From Calditrichaceae bacterium (lineage in GTDB: Bacteria > Calditrichota > Calditrichia > Calditrichales > JBFXGD01), in the NCBI GenBank assembly GCA_050173015.1, contig JBFXLE010000020.1, forward strand, positions 16,721 through 80,720: a stretch of 64,000 nucleotides of DNA, in the 5' to 3' direction. A model generated the notes under the pieces. That model made no database searches and had not been told where the DNA came from. It was given only the letters and a program-made list of their open reading frames with translations. This document shows, one piece after another, positions 1-10,238 of this stretch (positions are counted from its first letter, which is position 1; each line of letters opens with the position of its first letter). The position numbers were made by a program, and so were the translations under genes.

Positions 1-152
1 TAAATCATCATTTCCTTAATCATATGGGTCTGGGATGCAAATTTCTAAAGATTTCGGATAACAGTAAAGACCAGATATCAAAATTTATTGAATCCTGTTC
101 AATCGCAAAGAATAAACCAATTATGCTAAACCACGATAGTTTATAAAAAATA

Positions 153-641
153 ATGCAATTAAATCTTCAATCTTTTGAAAAAACGCTTGACCAGACCGGG
201 AAAAAATTACTGGAAATTCCGGTTGAAATCAGTGGTTTGCATCCAGCGGCTGATAAATGGTCAGCAAAAGAGATTCTGGGGCATTTAATTGATTCCGCAT
301 CAAACAATCATCACCGATTTGTGCATGCCCAATTTTCTGATGATCTTATTTTTCCCGGTTATGATCAAAATGCGTGGGTTCGCGCGCAAAATTATCAGAA
401 CGCGTCCTGGGTTTCACTTATATCTCTTTGGAAATCATATAACCTGCATATTATACATCTTGTATCTCAGATACCGGACGAAATTCTACTAAAGAAACGG
501 TACAATCATAATTTGGATAAAATTGCATGGAAGACCGTTCCCAAAAATAATCAGGTCACTCTCCAATATTTTATAAATGATTATTTTGAGCATATGAATC
601 ATCATATTAATCAAATTATTGATTTGGTGAGTACTTTGTAA
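153..641 (+). CDS. DinB/YfiT-family protein
   Basis: KWSAKEILGHLIDSASNNH...YDQNAWV...YFEHMNHH, typical DinB_2 His motifs. Confidence 0.85.
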   Translation: MQLNLQSFEKTLDQTGKKLLEIPVEISGLHPAADKWSAKEILGHLIDSASNNHHRFVHAQFSDDLIFPGYDQNAWVRAQNYQNASWVSLISLWKSYNLHIIHLVSQIPDEILLKKRYNHNLDKIAWKTVPKNNQVTLQYFINDYFEHMNHHINQIIDLVSTL

Positions 642-756
642 CTTTTCATCACGAATCCGTCGGGCAAGAATAAACAACGGATGAACATAATTCTAAAATC
701 ATTTATTAAGATACCTCTCATCTCGATCAAAAAATTTTAAATCCCCCATTTTTTTG

Positions 757-785
757 TTGACAAAGTACATCGATCTTTTTATACT
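757..785 (+). promoter_or_regulatory. sigma70-type promoter upstream of TonB-dependent receptor
   Basis: TTGACA(757-762)-17 bp-TATACT(780-785). Confidence 0.6.
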
Positions 786-1248
786 TTCTGGTAAGTTGTC
801 AATAACCAACTTGTGAATAGCGTTAACTTGTTTACTGATTTACTGATGGTCACAGATCTTTCCTTCAATCTGCCGGATTTAGGGAAAGTTCATATAGAAT
901 CGGCAAAAGAATGTCCTTGAAAAAGTAATTCTGAGTGGGTTTACTATAGCGGAATACATGGCCATAAAAATTGAAATTGATTTTTATAAATAAAAAAATT
1001 ACAGTTATTGTGGATTTTTTTCTGCCCCAACAGGGAAGTCAAATCAAAAAAGGAGTTTTGCCAATAATTACACATTGACAAAATAAGTCCTTCATACGGT
1101 TAATCAGTGAATTTTATTTTTCAAATATCATTCCAAATTTAATTCCTGAGAGCATCTCCGTTTTTCGGACAAGCATGTTCATCAATGTGCTCTTTTAAGA
1201 TGTTTATTCAAAATTACTAAAATAATAACAACTAAGGAGAATTTCCTA

Positions 1249-4200
1249 ATGTCAGTTTCTACCCCAAACCTGACGAGATGGTTCCTTTTTCTCTCTACCA
1301 TGCTGTTTCTGTCAGTAAACCTCTATGCTCAGGGTGTTACCACATCATCAATGAGCGGTATCGTGATGGATGTTCACGGAGAAGCTCTTGCCGGAGCTAC
1401 AGTGATCGCTGTCCATGAGCCAACCGGTACCGAATACGGTGTGTCCACCCGTGTGGATGGACGTTATAACCTGCAGAACGTAAGAGTAGGTGGTCCTTAT
1501 CATATTACTGTCACCTACGTTGGATATAAAGAGCAGGAGCTAACTGATATCCATCTGAGTCTGGGTCAGGAAATGAAAATCGATTTTAATTTACAAGAGC
1601 AGGCATTCGAGGGCGAAGCCATCGTTGTAACAGCTGATAAGGATAACATCCTGAGCAGTGACCGCAACGGAGCATCAACCGTCATTTCAAGCCAGAAAAT
1701 TGATCAGATGCCGACAATATCCAGAAGTACCGGTGACCTGACAAGACTAACGCCACAAAACGACGGCAACAGCTATGGCGGAAGAAATGTACTCTATAAT
1801 AACTTTTCGCTGGACGGTTCGATTTTTAACAACCCATTTGGTTTGGATAGTCCTGTTCCGGGCGGACAAACCAATGCGCAGCCGGTAAGTTTGGATGCGA
1901 TTGATCAGATCCAGGTTTCATTAGCGCCCTTTGACGTTCGGCAGGGTGGTTTTACCGGCGCCGGCGTTAATTCTGTTACAAAAAGCGGTACCAATGAGTT
2001 TACAGGATCCGCATATACTTTTACAAGAAATGAAGGAATGATTGGTGATGAAGTCAGCGGAACGACCGTGACTAATCCTGATTTAAGCTACAATCAATCC
2101 GGTTTCAGAATTGGCGGACCACTCATAAAGAATAAACTCTTCTTCTTTGTAAACGGAGAAATCGAAAGAAGAGAAGATCCGGGTTCAAATTATGTCGCTT
2201 CGCGTCCCGGTTTATCCGGCTCCAATGTTTCCAATGTGTTAGCGTCCGATCTGGATGTGGTCAGTGAAACTCTAAAAGATGTTTATGGATATGAAACCGG
2301 TGCTTATGAAAACTATATCCATGAAACGCAAAATGATAAATTCCTTGCTAAGCTTGATTGGAATATCAATGCGAATCACAGCGCGAGTTTGCGTTATAAT
2401 TACCTTAGTTCATGGAGAGATGTACTTCCTCACCCGGCTATTTCTACAAGCGGAAGAGGTCCGGATAAAAACGCTCTCCCTTTTGAGAATACCAGCTATA
2501 TCATAAATAATGACATTAATTCGGTTGTAGGTGAATTAAACAGCCGGTTCGGAAACAAGTATTCCAATCACCTGCAGTTTGGTTATACCTCTTTTAGAGA
2601 TTATCGTGACAGTAAAAGCGCGCCTTTCCCGTCTGTTGATATCGAAAAAGAAGGCAGAACCTACATTTCTTTCGGTCTGGAAAGATTTTCAACCAATAAC
2701 CTGTTAGATCAGGATGTATTTCAGTTGACCGACAATTTCAATGTGTATCATGGTGATCACCTGCTTACAATCGGTACTCACTATGAGTTGTTCAAATTCA
2801 ATAATTCATTCAACCTGTTCTATTATCCGGGATATACATACTCTTCTGTCGAAGATTTCTTGTCTCATACAGATCCGAACGATCCGGATAATTTTCATGA
2901 TTTTAACGCTGACGTAGAAAATTCCAATCAAAATCCATTTAAAATGGATGAAACCGATGTCGCTCAGCTCGCCTTCTATATTCAGGACGAATGGCAGTTC
3001 TCTAACCGCCTGATGCTGTCAATTGGTATGCGTACCGATATGCCTATTTACTACACGGATGTTCCGAAAAACTCTGTCATTGAATCATATGACTGGGTCG
3101 ATGAAAACGGCAATCCGGCGGAAGTTGACGTAAGTAAATTGCCAGATTCAACACCGCTGCTTTCACCGCGTGTTGGATTTAACTGGGATGCGACCGGCGA
3201 CAGAAGCACTCAGCTCCGTGGTGGTACAGGTGTTTTTACGGGAAGAATTCCATTTGTGTGGGTTGGAAATCAGGTCGCCAACAGTACAATTACGCCTTAC
3301 TATACTTTCCAGGTAAACGCTACTTCCGAGGATTTTAAATTTCCACAGGTCTGGAAAACAGATCTCGCCGTGGATAAAGAATTGCCATGGGGAATGGTTG
3401 GTACAGTTGAAGCGATCTACAGCAAAGACATTAACGCGGTCGTTCACAGAAATTATAATATGCCGCAACCGACAGAACATGCTCAGGGAGCGGACAACAG
3501 AGAAATTTTCGCCGCGCCAACAGCAGAAAATCCCGAACCGTTTAAGGTTAACACTATCGTGGACGGAAGCTATCTTGATGCCGGCGCGATTGTTCTTGAC
3601 AATACCGATGAAGGCTATCAGTTTAGCTTTACGACACAGTTGAGAAAAACGTTTACCAATGGTTTGTTCACAAGTATCGCTTATAATTACGGACTTTCAA
3701 AAGACCTGACAAGCAGCCGTGGTGAAATCGCTGCGGATGCCTTCCAGCAGAACCCGGTTGTCGGAGATCCGAATGATCCTGAATTAAGCTATTCCGATTA
3801 TGGCCTGACTCACCGGTTTGTAGGTGTTTTGTCCTATAAAAAAGAATACAAGAAAAATTTTGCCACCAGTGTCGCTGTGTTCTTCGAAGCTGCTCAGGGT
3901 GACCGTTTCTCCTATACCTACGCGGGTGATATGAACCGTGACGGTATCTCCGGTAACGATTTGATTTATGTTCCAAAAGATCAAAGCGAAATCAATCTTG
4001 TACCGACAGACGCCACAGATACAAGAACGGAAGGTCAGATCTGGGATCAGTTGAACGCGTACATCAATCAGGATGATTATCTGAAAGACCGCCGTGGTGA
4101 CTATGCCGAAAGAAACGGCGCCTTGTCCCCCTGGTACACTCAGATGGATTTGAGAATTTTACAGGATTTCTATGTAAATATTGGCGGAAAGAAAAATACT

Positions 4201-4434
4201 TTCCAGCTGAGTCTGGATATTCTGAATGTGGCTAATCTGATTAATTCCGACTGGGGTGTTCGTGAAATTAAAAGCACAGAAAATCCACTTTCATTTGAAG
4301 GATATAATGAAGCCGGTGAACCGGTTTATAGCTTCCCGCTTTACGGTGGTGAGCCATTGTCCGATTCATTCAATGATGATACCAGTCTTGATTCAAGATG
4401 GAGAGCTCAGATCGGTCTCCGTTATATTTTCTAA
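1249..4434 (+). CDS. TonB-dependent outer-membrane receptor, Oar-like, with N-terminal carboxypeptidase-regulatory-like domain
   Basis: Signal peptide; GATVIAVHEPTGT; plug motifs SLDAIDQIQV..PFDVRQGGFTGAGVNSVTKSGTN; C-terminal GLRYIF; RBS AAGGAG. Confidence 0.9.
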   Translation: MSVSTPNLTRWFLFLSTMLFLSVNLYAQGVTTSSMSGIVMDVHGEALAGATVIAVHEPTGTEYGVSTRVDGRYNLQNVRVGGPYHITVTYVGYKEQELTDIHLSLGQEMKIDFNLQEQAFEGEAIVVTADKDNILSSDRNGASTVISSQKIDQMPTISRSTGDLTRLTPQNDGNSYGGRNVLYNNFSLDGSIFNNPFGLDSPVPGGQTNAQPVSLDAIDQIQVSLAPFDVRQGGFTGAGVNSVTKSGTNEFTGSAYTFTRNEGMIGDEVSGTTVTNPDLSYNQSGFRIGGPLIKNKLFFFVNGEIERREDPGSNYVASRPGLSGSNVSNVLASDLDVVSETLKDVYGYETGAYENYIHETQNDKFLAKLDWNINANHSASLRYNYLSSWRDVLPHPAISTSGRGPDKNALPFENTSYIINNDINSVVGELNSRFGNKYSNHLQFGYTSFRDYRDSKSAPFPSVDIEKEGRTYISFGLERFSTNNLLDQDVFQLTDNFNVYHGDHLLTIGTHYELFKFNNSFNLFYYPGYTYSSVEDFLSHTDPNDPDNFHDFNADVENSNQNPFKMDETDVAQLAFYIQDEWQFSNRLMLSIGMRTDMPIYYTDVPKNSVIESYDWVDENGNPAEVDVSKLPDSTPLLSPRVGFNWDATGDRSTQLRGGTGVFTGRIPFVWVGNQVANSTITPYYTFQVNATSEDFKFPQVWKTDLAVDKELPWGMVGTVEAIYSKDINAVVHRNYNMPQPTEHAQGADNREIFAAPTAENPEPFKVNTIVDGSYLDAGAIVLDNTDEGYQFSFTTQLRKTFTNGLFTSIAYNYGLSKDLTSSRGEIAADAFQQNPVVGDPNDPELSYSDYGLTHRFVGVLSYKKEYKKNFATSVAVFFEAAQGDRFSYTYAGDMNRDGISGNDLIYVPKDQSEINLVPTDATDTRTEGQIWDQLNAYINQDDYLKDRRGDYAERNGALSPWYTQMDLRILQDFYVNIGGKKNTFQLSLDILNVANLINSDWGVREIKSTENPLSFEGYNEAGEPVYSFPLYGGEPLSDSFNDDTSLDSRWRAQIGLRYIF

Positions 4435-4495
4435 ATTTTACGATAGCCGGTGGATAATTTAAACATTTATTCACCGGATTTTATTCTCACACACG

Positions 4496-4540
4496 AAGCG
4501 GAACATGCTTTCAGAAATGAAGGCGTCTTCCGCTTTTTTA
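4496..4540 (+). terminator. Rho-independent terminator
   Basis: AAGCGGAA...TTCCGCTT stem followed by T run; a second hairpin at 4447-4477. Confidence 0.55.
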
Positions 4541-4682
4541 TTTTATTTGCAATCACATGGACGAAGCGAACATTTGAATTTGTTTTTTTTCATTCCGGCC
4601 GATATTTTAATAATCACTTTGAAGTTATTCGCATTTACATTAAATAAAACAAACCTGTGTTTTATAAATAATAAGGAAAAAA

Positions 4683-5648
4683 ATGCTTTTGACATCGAAT
4701 TACAAGCCGCCGTTTTTTTTAAGTAACGGACATCTCCAAAGTATTTACCCGTCGTTATTTAGAAAATTTGATCCGTCATTGTACCGGCGACAGAGAATAA
4801 GCACTCCGGATGATGATTTTCTTGATCTGGATTGGTCGGAAGTAAATAGTGACTGTCTGGCTGTGATTTCGCACGGCATGGAGGGCAGCTCACACAGGGC
4901 CTATGTGATTGGTATGGCGCGCGCGCTCAATCATTATGGCTGGGATGCCCTCGCATGGAATTTTCGTTCATGCGGCGGCGAAATGAACCGGCAGCTCAGA
5001 ATGTATCACAGCGGATCGACGGATGATCTTGATCTTGTCGTAAATCATGCCTTATCTAAAAAAAAATACAAAAAAATAGCGCTTATCGGTTTTAGCATGG
5101 GCGGTAATTTAACTCTGGTTTATCTGGGTCAAAAAGGGAATAATCGCGACCAAAGAATTCGGGCGGCGGTTGTGTTTTCCGTGCCGACAGACTTGCATTC
5201 GAGCTCAATGCGTCTCGGGGAACCGCAAAATATCCTTTATATGAAGCGCTTTTTACGTATGCTCCACAAGAAAGTTCGGGACAAAATGTTGTTGTTCCCC
5301 GACCAAATTAATGACCATGATTTTCACCGCATAAAAAACTTTAAGGATTTTGATGACCGTTACACCGCGCCGATTCACGGGTTCAAAAACGCGGAAGATT
5401 ACTGGTATAAATGCAGCAGTAAACTGTTTCTTAATGATATCAGTATTCCGACTCTCATTGTCAACGCGAAAAATGATCCCTTTCTCCCCCCGGCCTGCTA
5501 TCCCGTGGAAGAGGTCAGGGATCATCCATCTATCTATCTGGAAATTCCGCGATCCGGAGGGCATGTGGGTTTTGTGTCTTTGAACAATGATCATTACTAT
5601 TGGTCAGAAAAGAGGACGATTGAATTCCTGAAGTCCCATGTGACTTAG
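4683..5648 (+). CDS. YheT-family alpha/beta hydrolase
   Basis: NGHLQS, HGMEGSS, GFSMGG nucleophile elbow, NAKNDPF, GGHVGF. Confidence 0.9.
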   Translation: MLLTSNYKPPFFLSNGHLQSIYPSLFRKFDPSLYRRQRISTPDDDFLDLDWSEVNSDCLAVISHGMEGSSHRAYVIGMARALNHYGWDALAWNFRSCGGEMNRQLRMYHSGSTDDLDLVVNHALSKKKYKKIALIGFSMGGNLTLVYLGQKGNNRDQRIRAAVVFSVPTDLHSSSMRLGEPQNILYMKRFLRMLHKKVRDKMLLFPDQINDHDFHRIKNFKDFDDRYTAPIHGFKNAEDYWYKCSSKLFLNDISIPTLIVNAKNDPFLPPACYPVEEVRDHPSIYLEIPRSGGHVGFVSLNNDHYYWSEKRTIEFLKSHVT

Positions 5649-5837
5649 TGATACAATTTCAAAAAGCATCTCTCCCGACGGCTAATATTTTCTAATCATA
5701 ATAAGATTTTGTGAGAAAGCTGATATAAACATTTTGTTTATATTTAATGATTTTCTTGTTAAGTTCTTCTTTATACTGAATACGGGTTCTAAAATGATCA
5801 CTGCCGGTGTTGGAGTATTTAGATAATTAAAGGTGAA

Positions 5838-7190
5838 ATGATGAAAAAGATTCTGATTCTCGGAGCAGGGAAGAGTTCTCCCTATCTTATTTCCTATCTT
5901 CTCGAAAATTCAGCGAAATTTGATTGGTTTGTAACGGTTGGTGATAAGGATATCCGACTCGCGAAAGAAAGGGTTGGCGAGCATCCCCGCGGGAACGCGG
6001 TCTATCTCGATGTGAACGATTCGGGATTGCTGAGCCGGCAGATAAAAAATTCAGATATTGTGTTAAATATACTCGCGCCTGTTTTTCAGCATCTTGTGGC
6101 CTGGACATGCGTCGAACATGGCAAGCATATGATCTCGGTATCCTATACCGACAGCCGGATCAATGATCTTGAAAAAGATGCCCACAGGAAAGGGGTTATT
6201 CTGTTGACAGAAATCGGCCTCGATCCGGGAATAGACCACATGTCCGCCGCATCCATTTTAAATCAGGTGATTCAGAAAGGCGGAATAATCAAGAGTTTTG
6301 AATCGTACGGCGGTGGTTTGCCCGCGCCTGATTCAAAAGCGAACCCGTTTAATTATGTCATCAGCTGGAATCCCAGAAATGTGGTTATGGCCGGTGAAAA
6401 CGGCGCCCAGTATCTGAGAAACGGCAAAATAAAGATTATTCCCTATTACCATCTCTTCAGAAATTCCTGGCCGGTTGAAGTGGAAGGGATCGGAATGCTG
6501 GAGGCGTATCCAAACAGGGATTCACTGGCTTATCTAAATATGCCCGGTTTAAAAAACGTTTCAACATTGATACGCGGAACCTTACGTTATCCGGGTTGGA
6601 GCGAAACATGGCTGCAAATTGTTCGGCTGGGATTACCCAACGAGAAAATGCAAATCCCAAACCTGAAAAACAAGTCGTATGCCGATCTCGTGGAGATATT
6701 TTTACCGTCAACCGTGCCGGGGTCAAATCTGGAAGAACGTGTGGCCAACCTGCTCAATATCAGTCCGACCGGAAAAATTATGGAAAATCTCCGATGGCTG
6801 GGGCTGTTTTCTGATGAAAAAATCGGTGTCGCTGTGGAATCTTCCGCTGAAGTGTTGATCAATTTAATAAGCAGAAAGCTGCATCTTCCTGATGACGCCA
6901 GGGATATGGTCATACTTTTTCACAGAATCAGAGCAAGATATCCCGCGGAAAAAAACCGGCAGGAGGAAATATTATCCACGATGATTCATTACGGCGAAAA
7001 AGGAGGATTCACGGGGATGGCAAAGGCGGTTGGTTTTCCCGCCGCAATCGCCGCTAAACTGATCTTGACCGGGAAATTACCGATAACCGGATGCTATATT
7101 CCGACCCATCCGGCGATCTATGAGCCTGTTCTTGAAGAGCTGTCGCGAAATGGATTTGATTTTCATGAATCCGTCAAGCAAATCAGTTAA
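5838..7190 (+). CDS. saccharopine dehydrogenase (glutamate-forming type)
   Basis: ILILGAG Rossmann fold; EIGLDPGIDHM; SYGGGLP; SWNPRNVV; RGTLRYPG. Confidence 0.9.
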   Translation: MMKKILILGAGKSSPYLISYLLENSAKFDWFVTVGDKDIRLAKERVGEHPRGNAVYLDVNDSGLLSRQIKNSDIVLNILAPVFQHLVAWTCVEHGKHMISVSYTDSRINDLEKDAHRKGVILLTEIGLDPGIDHMSAASILNQVIQKGGIIKSFESYGGGLPAPDSKANPFNYVISWNPRNVVMAGENGAQYLRNGKIKIIPYYHLFRNSWPVEVEGIGMLEAYPNRDSLAYLNMPGLKNVSTLIRGTLRYPGWSETWLQIVRLGLPNEKMQIPNLKNKSYADLVEIFLPSTVPGSNLEERVANLLNISPTGKIMENLRWLGLFSDEKIGVAVESSAEVLINLISRKLHLPDDARDMVILFHRIRARYPAEKNRQEEILSTMIHYGEKGGFTGMAKAVGFPAAIAAKLILTGKLPITGCYIPTHPAIYEPVLEELSRNGFDFHESVKQIS

Positions 7191-7193
7191 GGC

Positions 7194-8510
7194 CTAAATT
7201 TTATCAAGGAAAGCCTGGAGGTACCGGTAATCTGGCGTCAGCTTTCCTTTGTGAGCGATTACCGCCCGTTTAAATTCCGGCGGAATGCTAAGATTTTCAA
7301 ATGGGACATCGAAATCCGCTGAAGCCAGCTCCGGAATAAAGGGGAGTAGTGAATCGCCGAAGCCGGATGTCGCTTCTCCAGGCAGTTCGCTGGGAAGTTT
7401 ATCCACGGCGAGAATTACAGGCCCGTTTCCCTTAAAGCCGTCATTAACGGCCCCTGTCAACGCATCATAAACATATACCGGATTATCAGATGTAGTCGTT
7501 TTGACATTGCATTCGATGGAACCTTCAATATCGCAGGTGATATCGGAAATCACTCTCAGGCCGGGATTTTTGACGCCTTCAAATAACATTTTTAAAGACT
7601 TTTTTGTGACAAGTTTGGGATATTTTTTTTCCCAATAAATACCGTTTACCAGCATGGAGATCGCCGGGATATATTTCTCAAAATCTCCCCTGTATCTCTC
7701 CGGGTTATTAATATATTCATCAAAATCAAATGTATCCTCCGGATTAACAGGTTTAGCGAACGCGTCCACATCAATGATGACCGTTGTGATCCCGTTTCTT
7801 CTCAGGACCGACGGATCCGTTGTGAGTAATTCATGGGCCGAAACCCTTGCCGCCGGAAGCAGATCAAAAATTTCCTGCGCTCCCTGAGACACCTGACCGG
7901 TGCCGGTTACCGCGATAACCACAGGAAGTATCTCTCGCGGAAGTCCTTTTGAGCGAATAGTATCCGCCAACAGGTTTATATCATTTATCGCGTCATCAAG
8001 GCTGTCATATTTTGTCGCCTGTTTAATCATTGAAAAAGGAGTATCCATACCCTCCGCTAAGAGTCGTTGTCCGTAAATCCACAATGTATTAATGGCGCCT
8101 ACGATTCCCGCGTATCTGCCAAAGAAGATAATGCGGCGGCCCATGTCATCAGTCACTTTTTCATAATCGATGAGGGTATTCTTCAGTTCAAGCATGCGTT
8201 TCAGAAGGGGCATATTATAGGACTGCCCTTTGATGGTGTGTGAAAAAAAGCAGTACGCCGTATTCTCGAATAATTCATCAACTGGCACCTCTTTGACCCC
8301 GAGTATGATATTACAGTCAGATAGGTCATCTTTTAGTACAGCTCCCGCATCCTTATATTGGTTATTGGAAAAAATTCGCTGCTTTGACGGAGTCATGATG
8401 ATGTCAAGCCCGGTATTTTCCACTAACTCCTTGATATGATCCGGCGACAATGGCGCTCTTTTTTCTGTCTGATCTATATCTTCCCGCCTGATTCCGATGC
8501 AATTCTTCAT
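7194..8510 (-). CDS. lysine-2-oxoglutarate reductase-like / NAD(P)-dependent saccharopine dehydrogenase (AlaDh_PNT fold)
   Basis: IGIRRED..EKRAPL; GVKEVP; FFSHTIKGQ; IDYEK; DITCDIEGSIE; VDKLPSELP; start taken at MKNCIG after GGAAAGG. Confidence 0.85.
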   Translation of the reverse strand: MKNCIGIRREDIDQTEKRAPLSPDHIKELVENTGLDIIMTPSKQRIFSNNQYKDAGAVLKDDLSDCNIILGVKEVPVDELFENTAYCFFSHTIKGQSYNMPLLKRMLELKNTLIDYEKVTDDMGRRIIFFGRYAGIVGAINTLWIYGQRLLAEGMDTPFSMIKQATKYDSLDDAINDINLLADTIRSKGLPREILPVVIAVTGTGQVSQGAQEIFDLLPAARVSAHELLTTDPSVLRRNGITTVIIDVDAFAKPVNPEDTFDFDEYINNPERYRGDFEKYIPAISMLVNGIYWEKKYPKLVTKKSLKMLFEGVKNPGLRVISDITCDIEGSIECNVKTTTSDNPVYVYDALTGAVNDGFKGNGPVILAVDKLPSELPGEATSGFGDSLLPFIPELASADFDVPFENLSIPPEFKRAVIAHKGKLTPDYRYLQAFLDKI

Positions 8511-8859
8511 AATAAGCCTTTCCTGATTTGTCGGATCAAAGAATATCAAAACTATAAATACACTCTGAGGGATTTATAATACGGTTATAATATAGTTTTT
8601 TAGTATCTCTCAATCAAGAACCACATCTCTATCCGAAAATAGAATTTCTGTACTTCAGGGTTCGGTAAAAAACCTTGATGAATAAGTGATTCGGGGCGCG
8701 ATGTGTCAATTTTATTTTGTTTAACAGAGTCCAGTTATTTATATTTGCATCATGTGATGTTCCTGATCAGGGTGTAATATTTAATCCACCAAATCATGCA
8801 GGAATTTCTGGATGGAATTTTCAATCTGACCCAATTTTACCAGGAAGGTAATTTTTTAT

Positions 8860-10152
8860 ATGGAAACGTACGAGTACAACGTTAAGGGATCACCACGCCA
8901 GGGATTGTTCGGAACAACCCTGGGATTTTTCTTTGGTTTCGCGGCTGTTTCTCTTTATGGGCCAACTGCGGTGAAATTTAAAGAAGCAATGGATTTAAGC
9001 CCGGCATTGCTCGGTTTTCTTGTCGCGATTCCCTCTCTATCCGGCTCGCTCCTGCGTATTCCCTTCGGAGCGTGGGTGGATACCACCGGTGGTAAAAAGC
9101 CGTTTTCCTGGCTTCTCCTTTTGTCTCTGATCGGTCTCGGCGGGGTGACCTTTTTGCTCAAATTTACGTATCCCGGCCAGATGCAGGGATTATATCCGAT
9201 AGTCCTGTTTTTCGGGTTTCTGAGCGGCTGCGGTATCGCCACGTTTTCGGTCGGCATCGGACAGACATCCTACTGGTATCCGCAGAAAAAGCAGGGGGCG
9301 GCGCTAGGGATCTATGCGGGTCTCGGCAATTTAGCTCCGGGGATATTTTCACTGTTGCTCCCGGTATATCTAACCTATTACGGTTTTATTTCCGCCTATT
9401 TTGCATGGTTTATTTTTCTGCTCATCGGAACAATTCTTTATCTGAGATACGGAACCAACGCTTATTATTTTCAATTCCGTCAGTTAAAATTGAGCGTGGC
9501 GGAAAGCAGAGAAAGAGCCCAAAAGCTCGGTCAGGAGATTTTTCCAACCGGCAATATGATGGACAGTCTGATCAATTCCGCCGTAAAGTTGAATACCTGG
9601 GCTTTAGTCGCGCTGTATTTTACAACATTCGGCGGTTTTATCGCGCTTACAGCCTGGTTTCCAATCTATTGGAGTCAGTTTCAGGGATTCTCGCCGGTAA
9701 AGGCCGGATTATTCACAGCTATTTTCTCAATACTCGCATCGCTTCTGAGAGTAGCGGGGGGTTCCATCGCGGATAAATCAGGCGGTGAAAAAGTGAGTCT
9801 TATCTCTTTAGTTCTGGTGCTGGTATCGGCTTTAGCACTGTCATTCACCGAAAGCATCGCCATCGGAATGCCCGCGGTTATTATACTTGCCGCCGGGATG
9901 GGTTTTAACAACGCGGCGGTATTCAAACTCGTCCCGAATTATGTTCCGGAATCAGTCGGCGGAGCAGCCGGATGGGTAGGCGGATTAGGAGCGTTTGGCG
10001 GATTTGCCATTCCGCCGGTGATGGGATTTATTGCCAGTTCTTACGGCAATATAGGTTATGCCCGCGGATTTCTGATTTTTGCCGGTTTAGCGGTTTTAAA
10101 TTTGTTTGTCATTCTGGCGCTGATGAAATCCCGCAAAAAAACGGTCGGCTGA
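8860..10152 (+). CDS. narK: NarK-family nitrate/nitrite MFS transporter
   Basis: LLRIPFG.WVD..GG; SYWYP..KQG.ALG; YFTTFGGF; directly upstream of narG. Confidence 0.85.
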   Translation: METYEYNVKGSPRQGLFGTTLGFFFGFAAVSLYGPTAVKFKEAMDLSPALLGFLVAIPSLSGSLLRIPFGAWVDTTGGKKPFSWLLLLSLIGLGGVTFLLKFTYPGQMQGLYPIVLFFGFLSGCGIATFSVGIGQTSYWYPQKKQGAALGIYAGLGNLAPGIFSLLLPVYLTYYGFISAYFAWFIFLLIGTILYLRYGTNAYYFQFRQLKLSVAESRERAQKLGQEIFPTGNMMDSLINSAVKLNTWALVALYFTTFGGFIALTAWFPIYWSQFQGFSPVKAGLFTAIFSILASLLRVAGGSIADKSGGEKVSLISLVLVLVSALALSFTESIAIGMPAVIILAAGMGFNNAAVFKLVPNYVPESVGGAAGWVGGLGAFGGFAIPPVMGFIASSYGNIGYARGFLIFAGLAVLNLFVILALMKSRKKTVG

Positions 10153-10238
10153 CCGGAACATTATAGTCGAGATACCTGTAAAGAGTGAATTAAACAGTCA
10201 TTATATAAATAAACTGATAATAATTTGAAAGTGCTATC

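Noticed and set aside
636-700. attC after the DinB gene (TGTAAC...hairpin)
   Set aside because: Only a short ATCCGT/ACGGAT stem, no GTT R' box, and no neighbouring cassettes
8550-8859. FNR box upstream of narK
   Set aside because: Only a TTGAT half-site; no TTGAT-N4-ATCAA found
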